Of a stretch of 63,975 nucleotides of DNA, positions 1-12,248 are shown one piece after another; within the stretch, counting starts at the first letter, position 1; each line of letters opens with the position of its first letter. The notes under the pieces were generated by a model. That model saw nothing but the letters and a program-made list of their open reading frames with translations. It ran no database searches and had not been told where the DNA came from. A program made the position numbers and the translations under genes. Source of the stretch: Octopus bimaculoides (lineage: Eukaryota); NCBI RefSeq assembly GCF_001194135.2, contig NC_069006.1, forward strand, positions 11,855,998-11,919,972, in the 5' to 3' direction.

Positions 1-214
1 ATTACATTAGGCAAAAATCTCTTCAGATGGGTAGAAAAAAGATATATCATTAGGTTTTTAAGTGTTGTATTTTAGAATCATCACATCAGATTGAATATTA
101 TTTTATGGCTAATATTGGTATATGCCCAGATTAGGGGGTTATTGGTTGTTTTAGTGGGTAATAGATAATATGTGAATATAATTAGCGTAATAATGGGTAA
201 ATAAATAGAAGTGA

Positions 215-243
<29 letters not shown>

Positions 244-246
<3 letters not shown>

Positions 247-2745
247 CATCATCATTATCATCATTGTCGTTTAACATCTGTTGTCCATGCTGGCATGTGT
301 TGGATGGTGTGACAAGACCTAGCAAGCTGGTAGGGCTGCACCAGACTCCCGTCTGGTTTGGCATGGCTACTACGGCTGGATGCCCTTCCCAACACCAACC
401 AGTTTACAGAATGTGCTGGGTGCTTTTACATGGTATTGCACAGGTGCTTCTGTGGCCCCACATGGGTGCTTTTACATGATGCTGTACAAGTGCTTTTATG
501 TGCTGCTGCATGGGTGCGTTTGTGTGGCACCACATGGGTGCTTTCATGTGGCACCAGTACAAGTGCTTTACACCACCAGAAGGATCACCCCTTAACACTT
601 CTGCTGTGGCTCTTCTTGAGTACAGCAAGGCACCAGGTATCTTGGTCCTTTGTCATCTTACCTGAAAGTTTCAGCTTCCTGAGGTCGTTCTTCAGTACTT
701 CATCCCATGTTTTCCTGGGTCTCCCACTTCCATGTGTTCTATCCACTTTGAGAGATTGGCTACCTCTTTATGGAGCTGTCGGCATCCATTTGCATCACAT
801 GATCAAACCAGCATAGTCTTCTCTCTTGCACACAGCAACCAATTCTTCTTATGCCTAACTTCTCTCTCAGAACACTGGCACTCTGCCGAACTTATACACT
901 TACATTACATATCCAGTGTGGAGCACACTAGCCGCATTCCTTTCTAGCCTTTGCACCTCCTCTGCATTCAGGTCCCAAGTCTCACTACCATGTAGAATTG
1001 TTATCCATATACACGCATCATACAATCTTCCTTTTACTCAGACAAAGAAACCTTTCGTGGTCAACAGAGGTAACAGCTCCCTGAATTTTCTCCATTCTAT
1101 TCTTATTCTAGCTATCTCCATGCATCTTCCCCACATCTAATTTGATTCCCTAGGTAGCATAAATTATCTACTACTTCTAATGAACCACCTAGTTATTTGA
1201 GAGAACCAGTTTCCCAAGTCTCTAAAGTTTTTATGGCCTTTATGCATCTTCCACATATGAAAACGACCTTCTCTGATAACCTTCCAATTAACCCACTGCA
1301 TCTCTTGTATGGCCATTGCTTATACTGGGTACACCATATGGAGTTCCTGTTTATAACTTTTCTACAAATCAAACGGGGCCACCTGCCTGAGTGGGTTAGG
1401 GTCCTGTCAGTTTTCTTGCTTACTAGGACCTTAGTCTTAGCTAAGTTAACCTTAAGGCCCTTAGATTCCAGACTTTGCTTCCACAACAGGAATTTTTCGT
1501 TTAGCTCTGATATGAAATCTGTTATGAGGGCAAGATTATCGGCATATAGTAGTTTCCAGAGGCTGCTGGTCTTGAATTCCTCTGTTATGGCCTGGAGGAC
1601 AATGATGAAAAGGAGGGGACTAAGGATTGAGCCTTGATGAACCCCCTTCCTGTACACCAAATTCTTTGCTGAACTTGTGGTTAACTCTCATCTTACTGAC
1701 AGTGTCTTTGTACATGGCCTTTTAAAATTTTCACCAGACACTCATCTATCCCTAGCTTCATCAGAACCCACTATGTCACACAGCAGGCAACTCTATTAAA
1801 AGCTTTCTCTAGATCAATGAATGCCAGGTATAATGGTTTATTCTTAGCTTAGTACTTCCCTAGAAATTGCCTGACTATGAAAACAGTATCAGTTGTGCTC
1901 CTTCCTCAAACAAAACCGAACTGCATTTTGTCTAGCCTACTTCTGCTCCTAATCAATTGGGTAACAACTCTCTATAATTTTCATCACCTGGTCCAGAAGT
2001 TTGATGCCTCTATAGTTGCTTCTATCTAACATCACCCTCACTCTTGTAGCAGCTAACAGTTATGCTGTTATGCCCATCACTGGGTATTACATCTTCCTGA
2101 ATGACCTGATTAACTATGTGGATAATCAGCCCGTATCGTATCCTATTTTACTGGATATTTTGAGCATCTCAGCTAAAATTCTGCATGGACCAGGGGCTTT
2201 CCCAGTTTTCTTGTTTTTAATAGCTTTATCCACCACATTGCTGTCCACTAGGATAGCCAGTCCCTCTGTTGGGCTCACATGAGGGAGATTCCCCTTTTCC
2301 CATTCATTTTCTACATTCAACAGTCTTGTATAGTAACTTTTCCACACCTCTTTCTTGTCCACATCATTAAGTGCAAGCATGCTATTACCCATCTGCTCAC
2401 ACTTCTCTCCTACAATATCCTGATTCTCACTGACACACTGTCTCGTAATCTGAAACACTTCAAGTCTCTGTTCTTCACACTGTAGGACTTTAGCAAAGTT
2501 CTTTTCTGCTTCTGCCCTAGCTAAACAGACCTGACGTCTAGCCTCCCCTTTAGCCTTCTGATAAGGTTCTTTGCCACCAACCCCTCTTTTCCACTCTTTC
2601 CAGGCCTGTCTTTTCTCTTTTATGGCCTTGTCAATGTCACTGTTCCACCACCATATCACCCTTGGTCTGGCAGGGGCTTTGCTTCAACCACAACTTTTGT
2701 CTGTTGCCCTTAGTAGATTGTCCCCATAGGAACAATCTACTATAT
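244..2745 (-). mobile_element. Degenerate RTE-clade LINE (linker, RT, C-terminal domain, 3' UTR and (GAT)n-like tail)
   Basis: Minus-strand fragments WWWNSDIDKAIKEKRQAWKEWK (2126-2659), HQGSILSPLLFIIVL..LLYADNLALI..LKVNLAKTKVL (1193-1660) and GRPRKTWDEVLKNDLRKL (~600-730). Many stops and frameshifts. The 3' end with CCATGCTGGCATG and a GAT-type tail lies at ~244-300. The 5' side runs into an N gap. Confidence 0.9.
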
Positions 2746-3774
2746 ANNNNNNNNNNNNNNNNNNNNNNNNNNNNNNNNNNNNNNNNNNNNNNNNNNNNNN
2801 NNNNNNNNNNNNNNNNNNNNNNNNNNNNNNNNNNNNNNNNNNNNNNNNNNNNNNNNNNNNNNNNNNNNNNNNNNNNNNNNNNNNNNNNNNNNNNNNNNNN
2901 NNNNNNNNNNNNNNNNNNNNNNNNNNNNNNNNNNNNNNNNNNNNNNNNNNNNNNNNNNNNNNNNNNNNNNNNNNNNNNNNNNNNNNNNNNNNNNNNNNNN
3001 NNNNNNNNNNNNNNNNNNNNNNNNNNNNNNNNNNNNNNNNNNNNNNNNNNNNNNNNNNNNNNNNNNNNNNNNNNNNNNNNNNNNNNNNNNNNNNNNNNNN
3101 NNNNNNNNNNNNNNNNNNNNNNNNNNNNNNNNNNNNNNNNNNNNNNNNNNNNNNNNNNNNNNNNNNNNNNNNNNNNNNNNNNNNNNNNNNNNNNNNNNNN
3201 NNNNNNNNNNNNNNNNNNNNNNNNNNNNNNNNNNNNNNNNNNNNNNNNNNNNNNNNNNNNNNNNNNNNNNNNNNNNNNNNNNNNNNNNNNNNNNNNNNNN
3301 NNNNNNNNNNNNNNNNNNNNNNNNNNNNNNNNNNNNNNNNNNNNNNNNNNNNNNNNNNNNNNNNNNNNNNNNNNNNNNNNNNNNNNNNNNNNNNNNNNNN
3401 NNNNNNNNNNNNNNNNNNNNNNNNNNNNNNNNNNNNNNNNNNNNNNNNNNNNNNNNNNNNNNNNNNNNNNNNNNNNNNNNNNNNNNNNNNNNNNNNNNNN
3501 NNNNNNNNNNNNNNNNNNNNNNNNNNNNNNNNNNNNNNNNNNNNNNNNNNNNNNNNNNNNNNNNNNNNNNNNNNNNNNNNNNNNNNNNATATATATATAT
3601 ATATATATATATATAAGCTATTTTCTCTACATTTGAAGTGAAAACTTATTTTTCCCCTTCTAGATATGAGCCAGTCTTAACATATAATCATTACTGTTAC
3701 TGTCTAAATTTCTTGTAATTTATTTATCCAGACATCATCATCATCCTCATCATCATTATCAACCTCAGACGTTA

Positions 3775-4020
3775 CTGTCTCAAGTCCTAGGACTCGGAGG
3801 GTCAGTTACCCAGTTCCCATGGCATACAAGTGACCGAGATCACAACATTCCCCTTGAACAGGATGCTGGTCCATTGCAAAGTTACCCCTTTACAGTTGAG
3901 TAGATAAGAGCAAAATTAAATGGAGTGTTTTGCTTAAGAATACAATGCACTGCCTGGTCTGGGAATCAAAATCATGATTTTGCAATCATGAGTGCAACAC
4001 CCTAACCCCTAAGCCACAAG
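3775..4020 (-). mobile_element. Degenerate tRNA-type SINE
   Basis: The reverse complement starts with a tRNA-like head (GTGGCTTAGGGGTTAGGGTGTTG..) followed by a body resembling the copy at 34590-34790. Confidence 0.5.
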
Positions 4021-5070
4021 CCTAGTGGTTATGTTTTTGTCAATATTTTAAACTGATAACCCCACATATAAACAGACCTCTCCACTCATAACTTTCTCCC
4101 TTATTTGTCATATGTGGAGAATCATTAACCTCTCCGCTTCTTTCTCTTTAAAATACAATTCTTTTCTTACCACATCTGTCCACTTGTAGTTCGATTCCTT
4201 TGCCCAGCTTGTATTATTGCTTCTAATCAGAAATCTTAAGCTAATGTTATTGCCGAGATGATTTCTTATTTTATATTGTTTATAAATGAGGTTGTTCCAT
4301 TAAACTCTCATTTTTGGAATAGGTGCATCTCATATTGGAACAGGTGCATCTCACTGTTGTTAGGTATTGTCTTGTTAACGAACGAAATTTTGCCATTCTA
4401 CATTTGCATATATTGAGAAATCTTTCTGAGTTATAGTCCACTTGATCCACATTGGTACACACGTCCGCGCCCCACCATATTTATATATATATATATATTA
4501 ATTCACAGTCTTGATATAAATGTTATATCCCTCCTTGCTAGACATGAATATATCGATATATCCATATATCCATATATTGATATATTGGTATTGGAATGAC
4601 ATGGTTATACATGACAGTTACAAAATTCATTGATATGCTACATTCACACACTGACACACATGCACACTTACACATGCATATGGTTATTAATTATTTATGA
4701 ACAGTCCAATGTATAAAGCACATTCTTGGCATTGAGTTTGACTGCACATACATTATTATGCATACATACATATATACATACATAGACACTCGCACAGTCA
4801 CAAATGTTGACGTACATGCACCAGGACATGTATACACACATATATAGACACATTGGCATTGGTACACAGCACCATGTATGTAACTCAATCTTTCTGTCAG
4901 TTTCAATTATGCACGTTCCAGTTATCCATTCGACTGAACAACCAGCTCATATTAATGTGTAGGTGGCTGAGTATTCCAAGAACGCTTCTACCTTAGCCTC
5001 ATTATCACATACAACTTCTGTGCTGAGACTGTACTCACATAATTATACACACAAGCATAAAAAATGTAAT

Positions 5071-5106
<36 letters not shown>

Positions 5107-5211
5107 ATATGTATATATATATTGTATAAAAGATCGTGGGTAAGGCCAAAACAATGCGAAGTAAATGCAAGTTAAATCACAAGAAAACAAATATGTCAAT
5201 TAATATAGACT

Positions 5212-5327
5212 TACCTTGTATTCAGTATTTCGGGGTTATGAATCCATCCTCACACACACGCACATTGGCAACATTCGTCAATTTCTTGAGGATGGGGTCA
5301 TAACCCCGAAATGTTGAATACAAGGTA
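5212..5327. repeat. Inverted repeat (41-bp arms, 34-nt spacer), probably an inverted Penelope-like terminus with a degenerate hammerhead motif
   Basis: 5212-5252 is the reverse complement of 5287-5327 with 4 mismatches. The right arm region reads TTC-TTGAGGA-T-GGGG(TCATAA)CCCC-GAAA-TG-TT-GAA. The right arm is cut by an N gap. Confidence 0.7.
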
Positions 5328-6097
5328 NNNNNNNNNNNNNNNNNNNNNNNNNNNNNNNNNNNNNNNNNNNNNNNNNNNNNNNNNNNNNNNNNNNNNNNNN
5401 NNNNNNNNNNNNNNNNNNNNNNNNNNNNNNNNNNNNNNNNNNNNNNNNNNNNNNNNNNNNNNNNNNNNNNNNNNNNNNNNNNNNNNNNNNNNNNNNNNNN
5501 NNNNNNNNNNNNNNNNNNNNNNNNNNNNNNNNNNNNNNNNNNNNNNNNNNNNNNNNNNNNNNNNNNNNNNNNNNNNNNNNNNNNNNNNNNNNNNNNNNNN
5601 NNNNNNNNNNNNNNNNNNNNNNNNNNNNNNNNNNNNNNNNNNNNNNNNNNNNNNNNNNNNNNNNNNNNNNNNNNNNNNNNNNNNNNNNNNNNNNNNNNNN
5701 NNNNNNNNNNNNNNNNNNNNNNNNNNNNNNNNNNNNNNNNNNNNNNNNNNNNNNNNNNNNNNNNNNNNNNNNNNNNNNNNNNNNNNNNNNNNNNNNNNNN
5801 NNNNNNNNNNNNNNNNNNNNNNNNNNNNNNNNNNNNNNNNNNNNNNNNNNNNNNNNNNNNNNNNNNNNNNNNNNNNNNNNNNNNNNNNNNNNNNNNNNNN
5901 NNNNNNNNNNNNNNNNNNNNNNNNNNNNNNNNNNNNNNNNNNNNNNNNNNNNNNNNNNNNNNNNNNNNNNNNNNNNNNNNNNNNNNNNNNNNNNNNNNNN
6001 NNNNNNNNNNNNNNNNNNNNNNNNNNNNNNNNNNNNNNNNNNNNNNNNNNNNNNNNNNNNNNNNNNNNNNNNNNNNNNNNNNNNNNAAAGAGTAAAT

Positions 6098-6600
6098 TTA
6101 TTCAATAAAATCGCCATTGGCTCCAACCACAGACTCCATACAGCTTCAGAATTTCCTGCAACTCTTCTGGACAGTCTCCTTGTTTAAGTTGGTGAATGCT
6201 GCCATAATCCTTGCCTTCAGTTTATCTTTAGTGTTACAAGGAGTTTTGTTGGTCTCTCACTCAACTGCATCCTACATATAATCAAGAGGGTTGCAGTGTG
6301 GGGAGTTAGGTGGCCAGACGTTAGGAGTGATGTGGTCATAGAAATTGTTTGACAACCATGACTGGGTTCTCCTGCTTGTGTGGCATGGTGCAGAGTCCTG
6401 TTGCCAGACATAGGGTCTTCCAGTAGCCACCCTGTTGACCCAGGGCAGCACTACCTCCTTCAGGCACTTGATGTATCCTCTGTGTTGAGTCTGATGTTGT
6501 GTGGGAAGATGAATGGAGGCATAACATCAACGTCACTAGTGATCACTCCAGACACCATGATGTTGATTGGATGTTTGATTTTTATCACTCTTGGTGCATG
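6098..6600 (-). pseudogene. Tc1/mariner-superfamily DD37D (maT-type) transposase remnant, C-terminal half
   Basis: Frameshifted translation gives YVWQQDSAPCHTSRRTQSWLSNNFYDHITPNVWPPNSPHCNPLDY, with exactly 37 residues between the second and third Asp. It ends ANGDFIE* at 6098-6100. Confidence 0.85.
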
Positions 6601-7751
6601 TCCTTAGACTGTACTGTCCCCAGATTAACACCCAAACACTCTGAAATGTTCGTATGAATACCAAGCAGTACAGCATATTACTTCCAAATTTTTGGTAGAG
6701 TGCCTTGCCTAGTGGTGCTGTTTTTCTCACAGACGGTACCCAACTGACCCTACTATACCGTGTAGTTGACAAAATCAAAAATAAACAATGCACATGCATG
6801 AAATTAAAAATATAAAATGGCAACAATTTTACCCATCGCACCTTGNNNNNNNNNNNNNNNNNNNNNNNNNNNNNNNNNNNNNNNNNNNNNNNNNNNNNNN
6901 NNNNNNNNNNNNNNNNNNNNNNNNNNNNNNNNNNNNNNNNNNNNNNNNNNNNNNNNNNNNNNNNNNNNNNNNNNNNNNNNNNNNNNNNNNNNNNNNNNNN
7001 NNNNNNNNNNNNNNNNNNNNNNNNNNNNNNNNNNNNNNNNNNNNNNNNNNNNNNNNNNNNNNNNNNNNNNNNNNNNNNNNNNNNNNNNNNNNNNNNNNNN
7101 NNNNNNNNNNNNNNNNNNNNNNNNNNNNNNNNNNNNNNNNNNNNNNNNNNNNNNNNNNNNNNNNNNNNNNNNNNNNNNNNNNNNNNNNNNNNNNNNNNNN
7201 NNNNNNNNNNNNNNNNNNNNNNNNNNNNNNNNNNNNNNNNNNNNNNNNNNNNNNNNNNNNNNNNNNNNNNNNNNNNNNNNNNNNNNNNNNNNNNNNNNNN
7301 NNNNNNNNNNNNNNNNNNNNNNNNNNNNNNNNNNNNNNNNNNNNNNNNNNNNNNNNNNNNNNNNNNNNNNNNNNNNNNNNNNNNNNNNNNNNNNNNNNNN
7401 NNNNNNNNNNNNNNNNNNNNNNNNNNNNNNNNNNNNNNNNNNNNNNNNNNNNNNNNNNNNNNNNNNNNNNNNNNNNNNNNNNNNNNNNNNNNNNNNNNNN
7501 NNNNNNNNNNNNNNNNNNNNNNNNNNNNNNNNNNNNNNNNNNNNNNNNNNNNNNNNNNNNNNNNNNNNNNNNNNNNNNNNNNNNNNNNNNNNNNNNNNNN
7601 NNNNNNNNNNNNNNNNNNNNNNNNNNNNNNNNNNNNNNNNNNNNNNNNNNNNNNNNNNNNNNNNNNNNNNNNNNNNNNNNNNNNNNNNNNNNNNNNNNNN
7701 NNNNNNNNNNNNNNNNNNNNNNNNNNNNNNNNNNNNNNNNNNNNNNNNNNN

Positions 7752-8815
7752 GACGAACATGACGCTCTGGTACTTGTGGCTATCGTACCATGAGCTTGCC
7801 TTCCCTATTTTCTTCTTAGTCCTTTCTATGGTGTTCCATGATTTGCTCCTATAGAGTGGGCAAATCCCATTCCTATTGTTGCGTTTGATGGTTTCAAACT
7901 TCTTCATAGCTCCTTTGTATACTCTAATCCTTTCTTTATGGCGGTAACCTGAGAACTGCATGCGGTGGACGAAATGTTGTATATGTCTCTTTAATTCTGT
8001 AGGGTCGCACATGCAGGAGACATTTTGCATTACTCTGACGAGGTCTGCCATCAATATGTTGAATTTGGCATTGTCCGCAATAGCCGAGTTCCGGTGGATC
8101 AGGTATTTGGAGGCCATAGGTTTTGTATAGTGTGAATGGAGGATTCTGGTTTTATTGTTCTTAGTTTCTAGCCAGAGTTCAGTATCTAATACAGGTAATC
8201 TATGGTTAGGGTGTTTAGTAGGGTAGTCTATCGTAACTTTAATACTCTGGTGGATGGAGTNNNNNNNNNNNNNNNNNNNNNNNNNNNNNNNNNNNNNNNN
8301 NNNNNNNNNNNNNNNNNNNNNNNNNNNNNNNNNNNNNNNNNNNNNNNNNNNNNNNNNNNNNNNNNNNNNNNNNNNNNNNNNNNNNNNNNNNNNNNNNNNN
8401 NNNNNNNNNNNNNNNNNNNNNNNNNNNNNNNNNNNNNNNNNNNNNNNNNNNNNNNNNNNNNNNNNNNNNNNNNNNNNNNNNNNNNNNNNNNNNNNNNNNN
8501 NNNNNNNNNNNNNNNNNNNNNNNNNNNNNNNNNNNNNNNNNNNNNNNNNNNNNNNNNNNNNNNNNNNNNNNNNNNNNGGCGTATAATTTGTTGTTAAATT
8601 TAAAGGTGTGGCCTTTTAGGGTGACCTTTATACTAGCTCCTAGTGCATGTGCGATCATTTTCTTTACCTGGTGGATATTAGTGGGGGTCCGTATGGCTCT
8701 GGTCCATGCACTCCATCTCTCTATAGGGGTCTTCCTAGCCATAGAGGTAATTGTGGGTGGTCTACCTCTTAAACGTCTACTAGGGCAGAAATCTCTAAGG
8801 TCGTATCTATCTAGA
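7752..8815 (-). mobile_element. Penelope-like retroelement RT/thumb region, open reading frame in both sequenced segments
   Basis: 8578-8815 gives CPSRRLRGRPPTIT..KVTLKGHTFKFNNKLYA. 7752-8258 gives SIHQSIKVTIDYPTKHPNHRLPVLDTELW..HYTKPMASKYLIHRNSAIADNAKFNILMADLVRVMQNVS..RMQFSGY..PLYRSKSW with no stop. Catalytic motifs fall in the 8261-8577 gap. Confidence 0.85.
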
Positions 8816-9542
8816 TATACATATATATATCTATATATATATATATGTATTGCATACAACGAGAGAGATGTGTGTATTGTAAATAGTCCTGGCATTTATT
8901 GGAATATCAATAACTGGATTTTCATATTTGGCTTCTTCCAAACAGTTGTCAAATGATATTATAACAGATATTTTACTTGGAAGTTATTGCAAATTCAGAT
9001 GTGTAACACCATATAAATCAGGTTGTATCAATGCATATATGCTCCTATACATTGAGTAATCTTTTTGATTCATGTCAGTTCTTATATATGGGAATGTATG
9101 TGGTGTGGGTATAGATTCAATATTGATATACCTTCATCACTGTTGATGTTACCAAGTGGTTTCATGCTGAAAACCTTTCGGAAGTGGAAAGGTAAATTAA
9201 TAATCATCAGACCATTCAGTAACATAAATTGGCTGTTATGAGAATATATTTTTTTGCCATTATAATATGGCTGTTCTATACATCACTTTGTTACTACAGT
9301 TTAACCCCAGGAAAATGTATTTTCCAACTGGTTAATGACACACAATCTGTGTCCAATATATTGTGAGTAAGGGAGTGAATCACTTCCCTCCAGCTTGGCA
9401 AGACCAGTAGACCATGGTTTCTGGGTTTTTACCCATCATTGATACTGGATGCCTGCTTGCTAAAGATGGCAGCCAATCGTTCTCACTCACAATACATAAA
9501 CAAAGAAGTGGCAGACAGCCACTGATCTCATAAGGAGTAAAA

Positions 9543-9582
9543 TAGCTAGTTCTAAAATCTCTAGAGATTTTAGAACTAGCTA
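9543..9582. repeat. Perfect 40-bp palindrome with no spacer
   Basis: TAGCTAGTTCTAAAATCTCTAGAGATTTTAGAACTAGCTA equals its own reverse complement. Confidence 0.95.
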
Positions 9583-11085
9583 CTTAGCTCATTATGGGAA
9601 TATTATAGTACATAAATAATCATAAATAATATACCCATTTTGTTATCTGATATATGAGTACCTGCATTTTTCGGTTAATATATATTTTAACACCTGGTCA
9701 CCAAAACAAACAAAAAAAAAACGTATAAATGTGTAGAAAATGAATATGGAAACAAAAATTTGCACAAAAGAACAGGGGTGGGACTTTAGGAAAATTCACA
9801 TGATCTAACTTTCAGGAAACTGGATATATATCGATGAAATTTTATAGAAATACCTTTCAAATGGCATAGATTACAATTATAAAGAAATTTGTGGGGAAAA
9901 TGTTTTCCAAAGAGGTGGGGAGAGGATTTTGGGAAATTCACATGCTCTGTTTTTTTCCCTTCATAACTTTCAGGAAAATGGATATCTTTTAATGAAATTT
10001 TACAGAAACACCTTTCAAACAGCATAGATTATGATTATAAAGNNNNNNNNNNNNNNNNNNNNNNNNNNNNNNNNNNNNNNNNNNNNNNNNNNNNNNNNNN
10101 NNNNNNNNNNNNNNNNNNNNNNNNNNNNNNNNNNNNNNNNNNNNNNNNNNNNNNNNNNNNNNNNNNNNNNNNNNNNNNNNNNNNNNNNNNNNNNNNNNNN
10201 NNNNNNNNNNNNNNNNNNNNNNNNNNNNNNNNNNNNNNNNNNNNNNNNNNNNNNNNNNNNNNNNNNNNNNNNNNNNNNNNNNNNNNNNNNNNNNNNNNNN
10301 NNNNNNNNNNNNNNNNNNNNNNNNNNNNNNNNNNNNNNNNNNNNNNNNNNNNNNNNNNNNNNNNNNNNNNNNNNNNNNNNNNNNNNNNNNNNNNNNNNNN
10401 NNNNNNNNNNNNNNNNNNNNNNNNNNNNNNNNNNNNNNNNNNNNNNNNNNNNNNNNNNNNNNNNNNNNNNNNNNNNNNNNNNNNNNNNNNNNNNNNNNNN
10501 NNNNNNNNNNNNNNNNNNNNNNNNNNNNNNNNNNNNNNNNNNNNNNNNNNNNNNNNNNNNNNNNNNNNNNNNNNNNNNNNNNNNNNNNNNNNNNNNNNNN
10601 NNNNNNNNNNNNNNNNNNNNNNNNNNNNNNNNNNNNNNNNNNNNNNNNNNNNNNNNNNNNNNNNNNNNNNNNNNNNNNNNNNNNNNNNNNNNNNNNNNNN
10701 NNNNNNNNNNNNNNNNNNNNNNNNNNNNNNNNNNNNNNNNNNNNNNNNNNNNNNNNNNNNNNNNNNNNNNNNNNNNNNNNNNNNNNNNNNNNNNNNNNNN
10801 NNNNNNNNNNNNNNNNNNNNNNNNNNNNNNNNNNNNNNNNNNNNNNNNNNNNNNNNNNNNNNNNNNNNNNNNNNNNNNNNNNNNNNNNNNNNNNNNNNNN
10901 NNNNNNNNNNNNNNNNNNNNNNNNNNNNNNNNNNNNNNNNNNNNNNNNNNNNNNNNNNNNACTGGGTCTCAAACTGTATGTTGACCCCCAAAAAGTGGTA
11001 ATTTAAATTTTTACCCCACCTTAATTAAGCGAGGCCGTGTGTGTGTAAGAAAAAAAGAAAAGATTTTCTAACAGCGAAGTATGCT

Positions 11086-11498
11086 AGGAGTGCTTGTGTG
11101 GTAAGTAGCTTGCTTACCAACCACATGGTTCGGGGTTCATTCCCACTGCGTGGCACCTTAGGCAAGTATCTTCTACTATAGGCTCAGGCTGACCAAAGCC
11201 TTGTGAGTGGATTTAGTAGACAGAAACTGAAAGAAGCCTGTCGTATATATGTATGTGTGTGAATATGTTTGTGTGTGTATATGTTTGTGTGTCTGTGTTT
11301 GTTCCCCCAAACATTGCTTGACAACCGACAGTAGTGTGTTTACATCCCCATAACTTAGCGGTTCGGCAAAAGAGAACGATAGAATAAGTACTAGGCTTAC
11401 AAAGAATAAGTCCTGGGGTTGATTTGCTCGACTAAAGGTGGTGCTCCAGCATGGCCACAGTCAAATGACTGAAACAAGTAAAAGAGTGAAAGAGAGTA
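11086..11498 (+). mobile_element. Full-length tRNA-type SINE (family A) inside the foldback element
   Basis: Head TGTGGTAAGTAGC..GGTTCGGGGTTCATTCCC, internal (TA)/(TG) tract, 3' AAATGACTGAAACAAGTAAAAGAG. Closely similar to 51502-51917. Confidence 0.85.
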
Positions 11499-12248
11499 TT
11501 TAAAATCAATTATCTTCTACATACCTATTTTTTAAACATCACTGTGAATAAATGCTAGAAATGACCTCAGGCTTTCCAATATTTTAAATTATAAACATAA
11601 AACAGGGGCAGGGAGTAGGGTTGAAAAAAAATCATAAAGTTTCACATTTTTTTTTATAGCATAAATGTGTTTATGGGANNNNNNNNNNNNNNNNNNNNNN
11701 NNNNNNNNNNNNNNNNNNNNNNNNNNNNNNNNNNNNNNNNNNNNNNNNNNNNNNNNNNNNNNNNNNNNNNNNNNNNNNNNNNNNNNNNNNNNNNNNNNNN
11801 NNNNNNNNNNNNNNNNNNNNNNNNNNNNNNNNNNNNNNNNNNNNNNNNNNNNNNNNNNNNNNNNNNNNNNNNNNNNNNNNNNNNNNNNNNNNNNNNNNNN
11901 NNNNNNNNNNNNNNNNNNNNNNNNNNNNNNNNNNNNNNNNNNNNNNNNNNNNNNNNNNNNNNNNNNNNNNNNNNNNNNNNNNNNNNNNNNNNNNNNNNNN
12001 NNGGGTGAGTAAAAAGAATGAACTTATGTGGTCTTCCTGATCTAAAACTCCATTTTTTAAAAACTTTTCTCCCCACCCCCAAAAAATCGGATCGTGTGAA
12101 TTTTCCGAAAATCCTCTCCCCACCTCTTTGGAAAACATTTCCCCCACAAATTTCTTTATGGCCGTAATCACCATTTGAAAGGTATTTCTATAAAATTTCA
12201 TTAATATATATCCATTTTCCTGGAAGTAGTGAAGGAGAAATCGGATAG

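Noticed and set aside
4140-4480. Candidate downstream exons of the PRRT-like gene (60-aa ORF 4280-4462 and a donor-like GATGTG|GTAAGA near 4170)
   Set aside because: No phase-compatible acceptor gives a hydrophobic TM7 continuation.
9165-9205. CTGAAAA-CCTTTC..GAAAGG stem resembling a hammerhead
   Set aside because: G8 and G12 are missing and there is no stem I or cleavage triplet.
9361-9510. GC-richer block considered as the missing terminal exon
   Set aside because: Phase-compatible readings either stop quickly or are not TM-like.
11086-11160. tRNA gene calls at SINE heads
   Set aside because: Only A/B-box-like heads without a full cloverleaf, continuous with SINE bodies.
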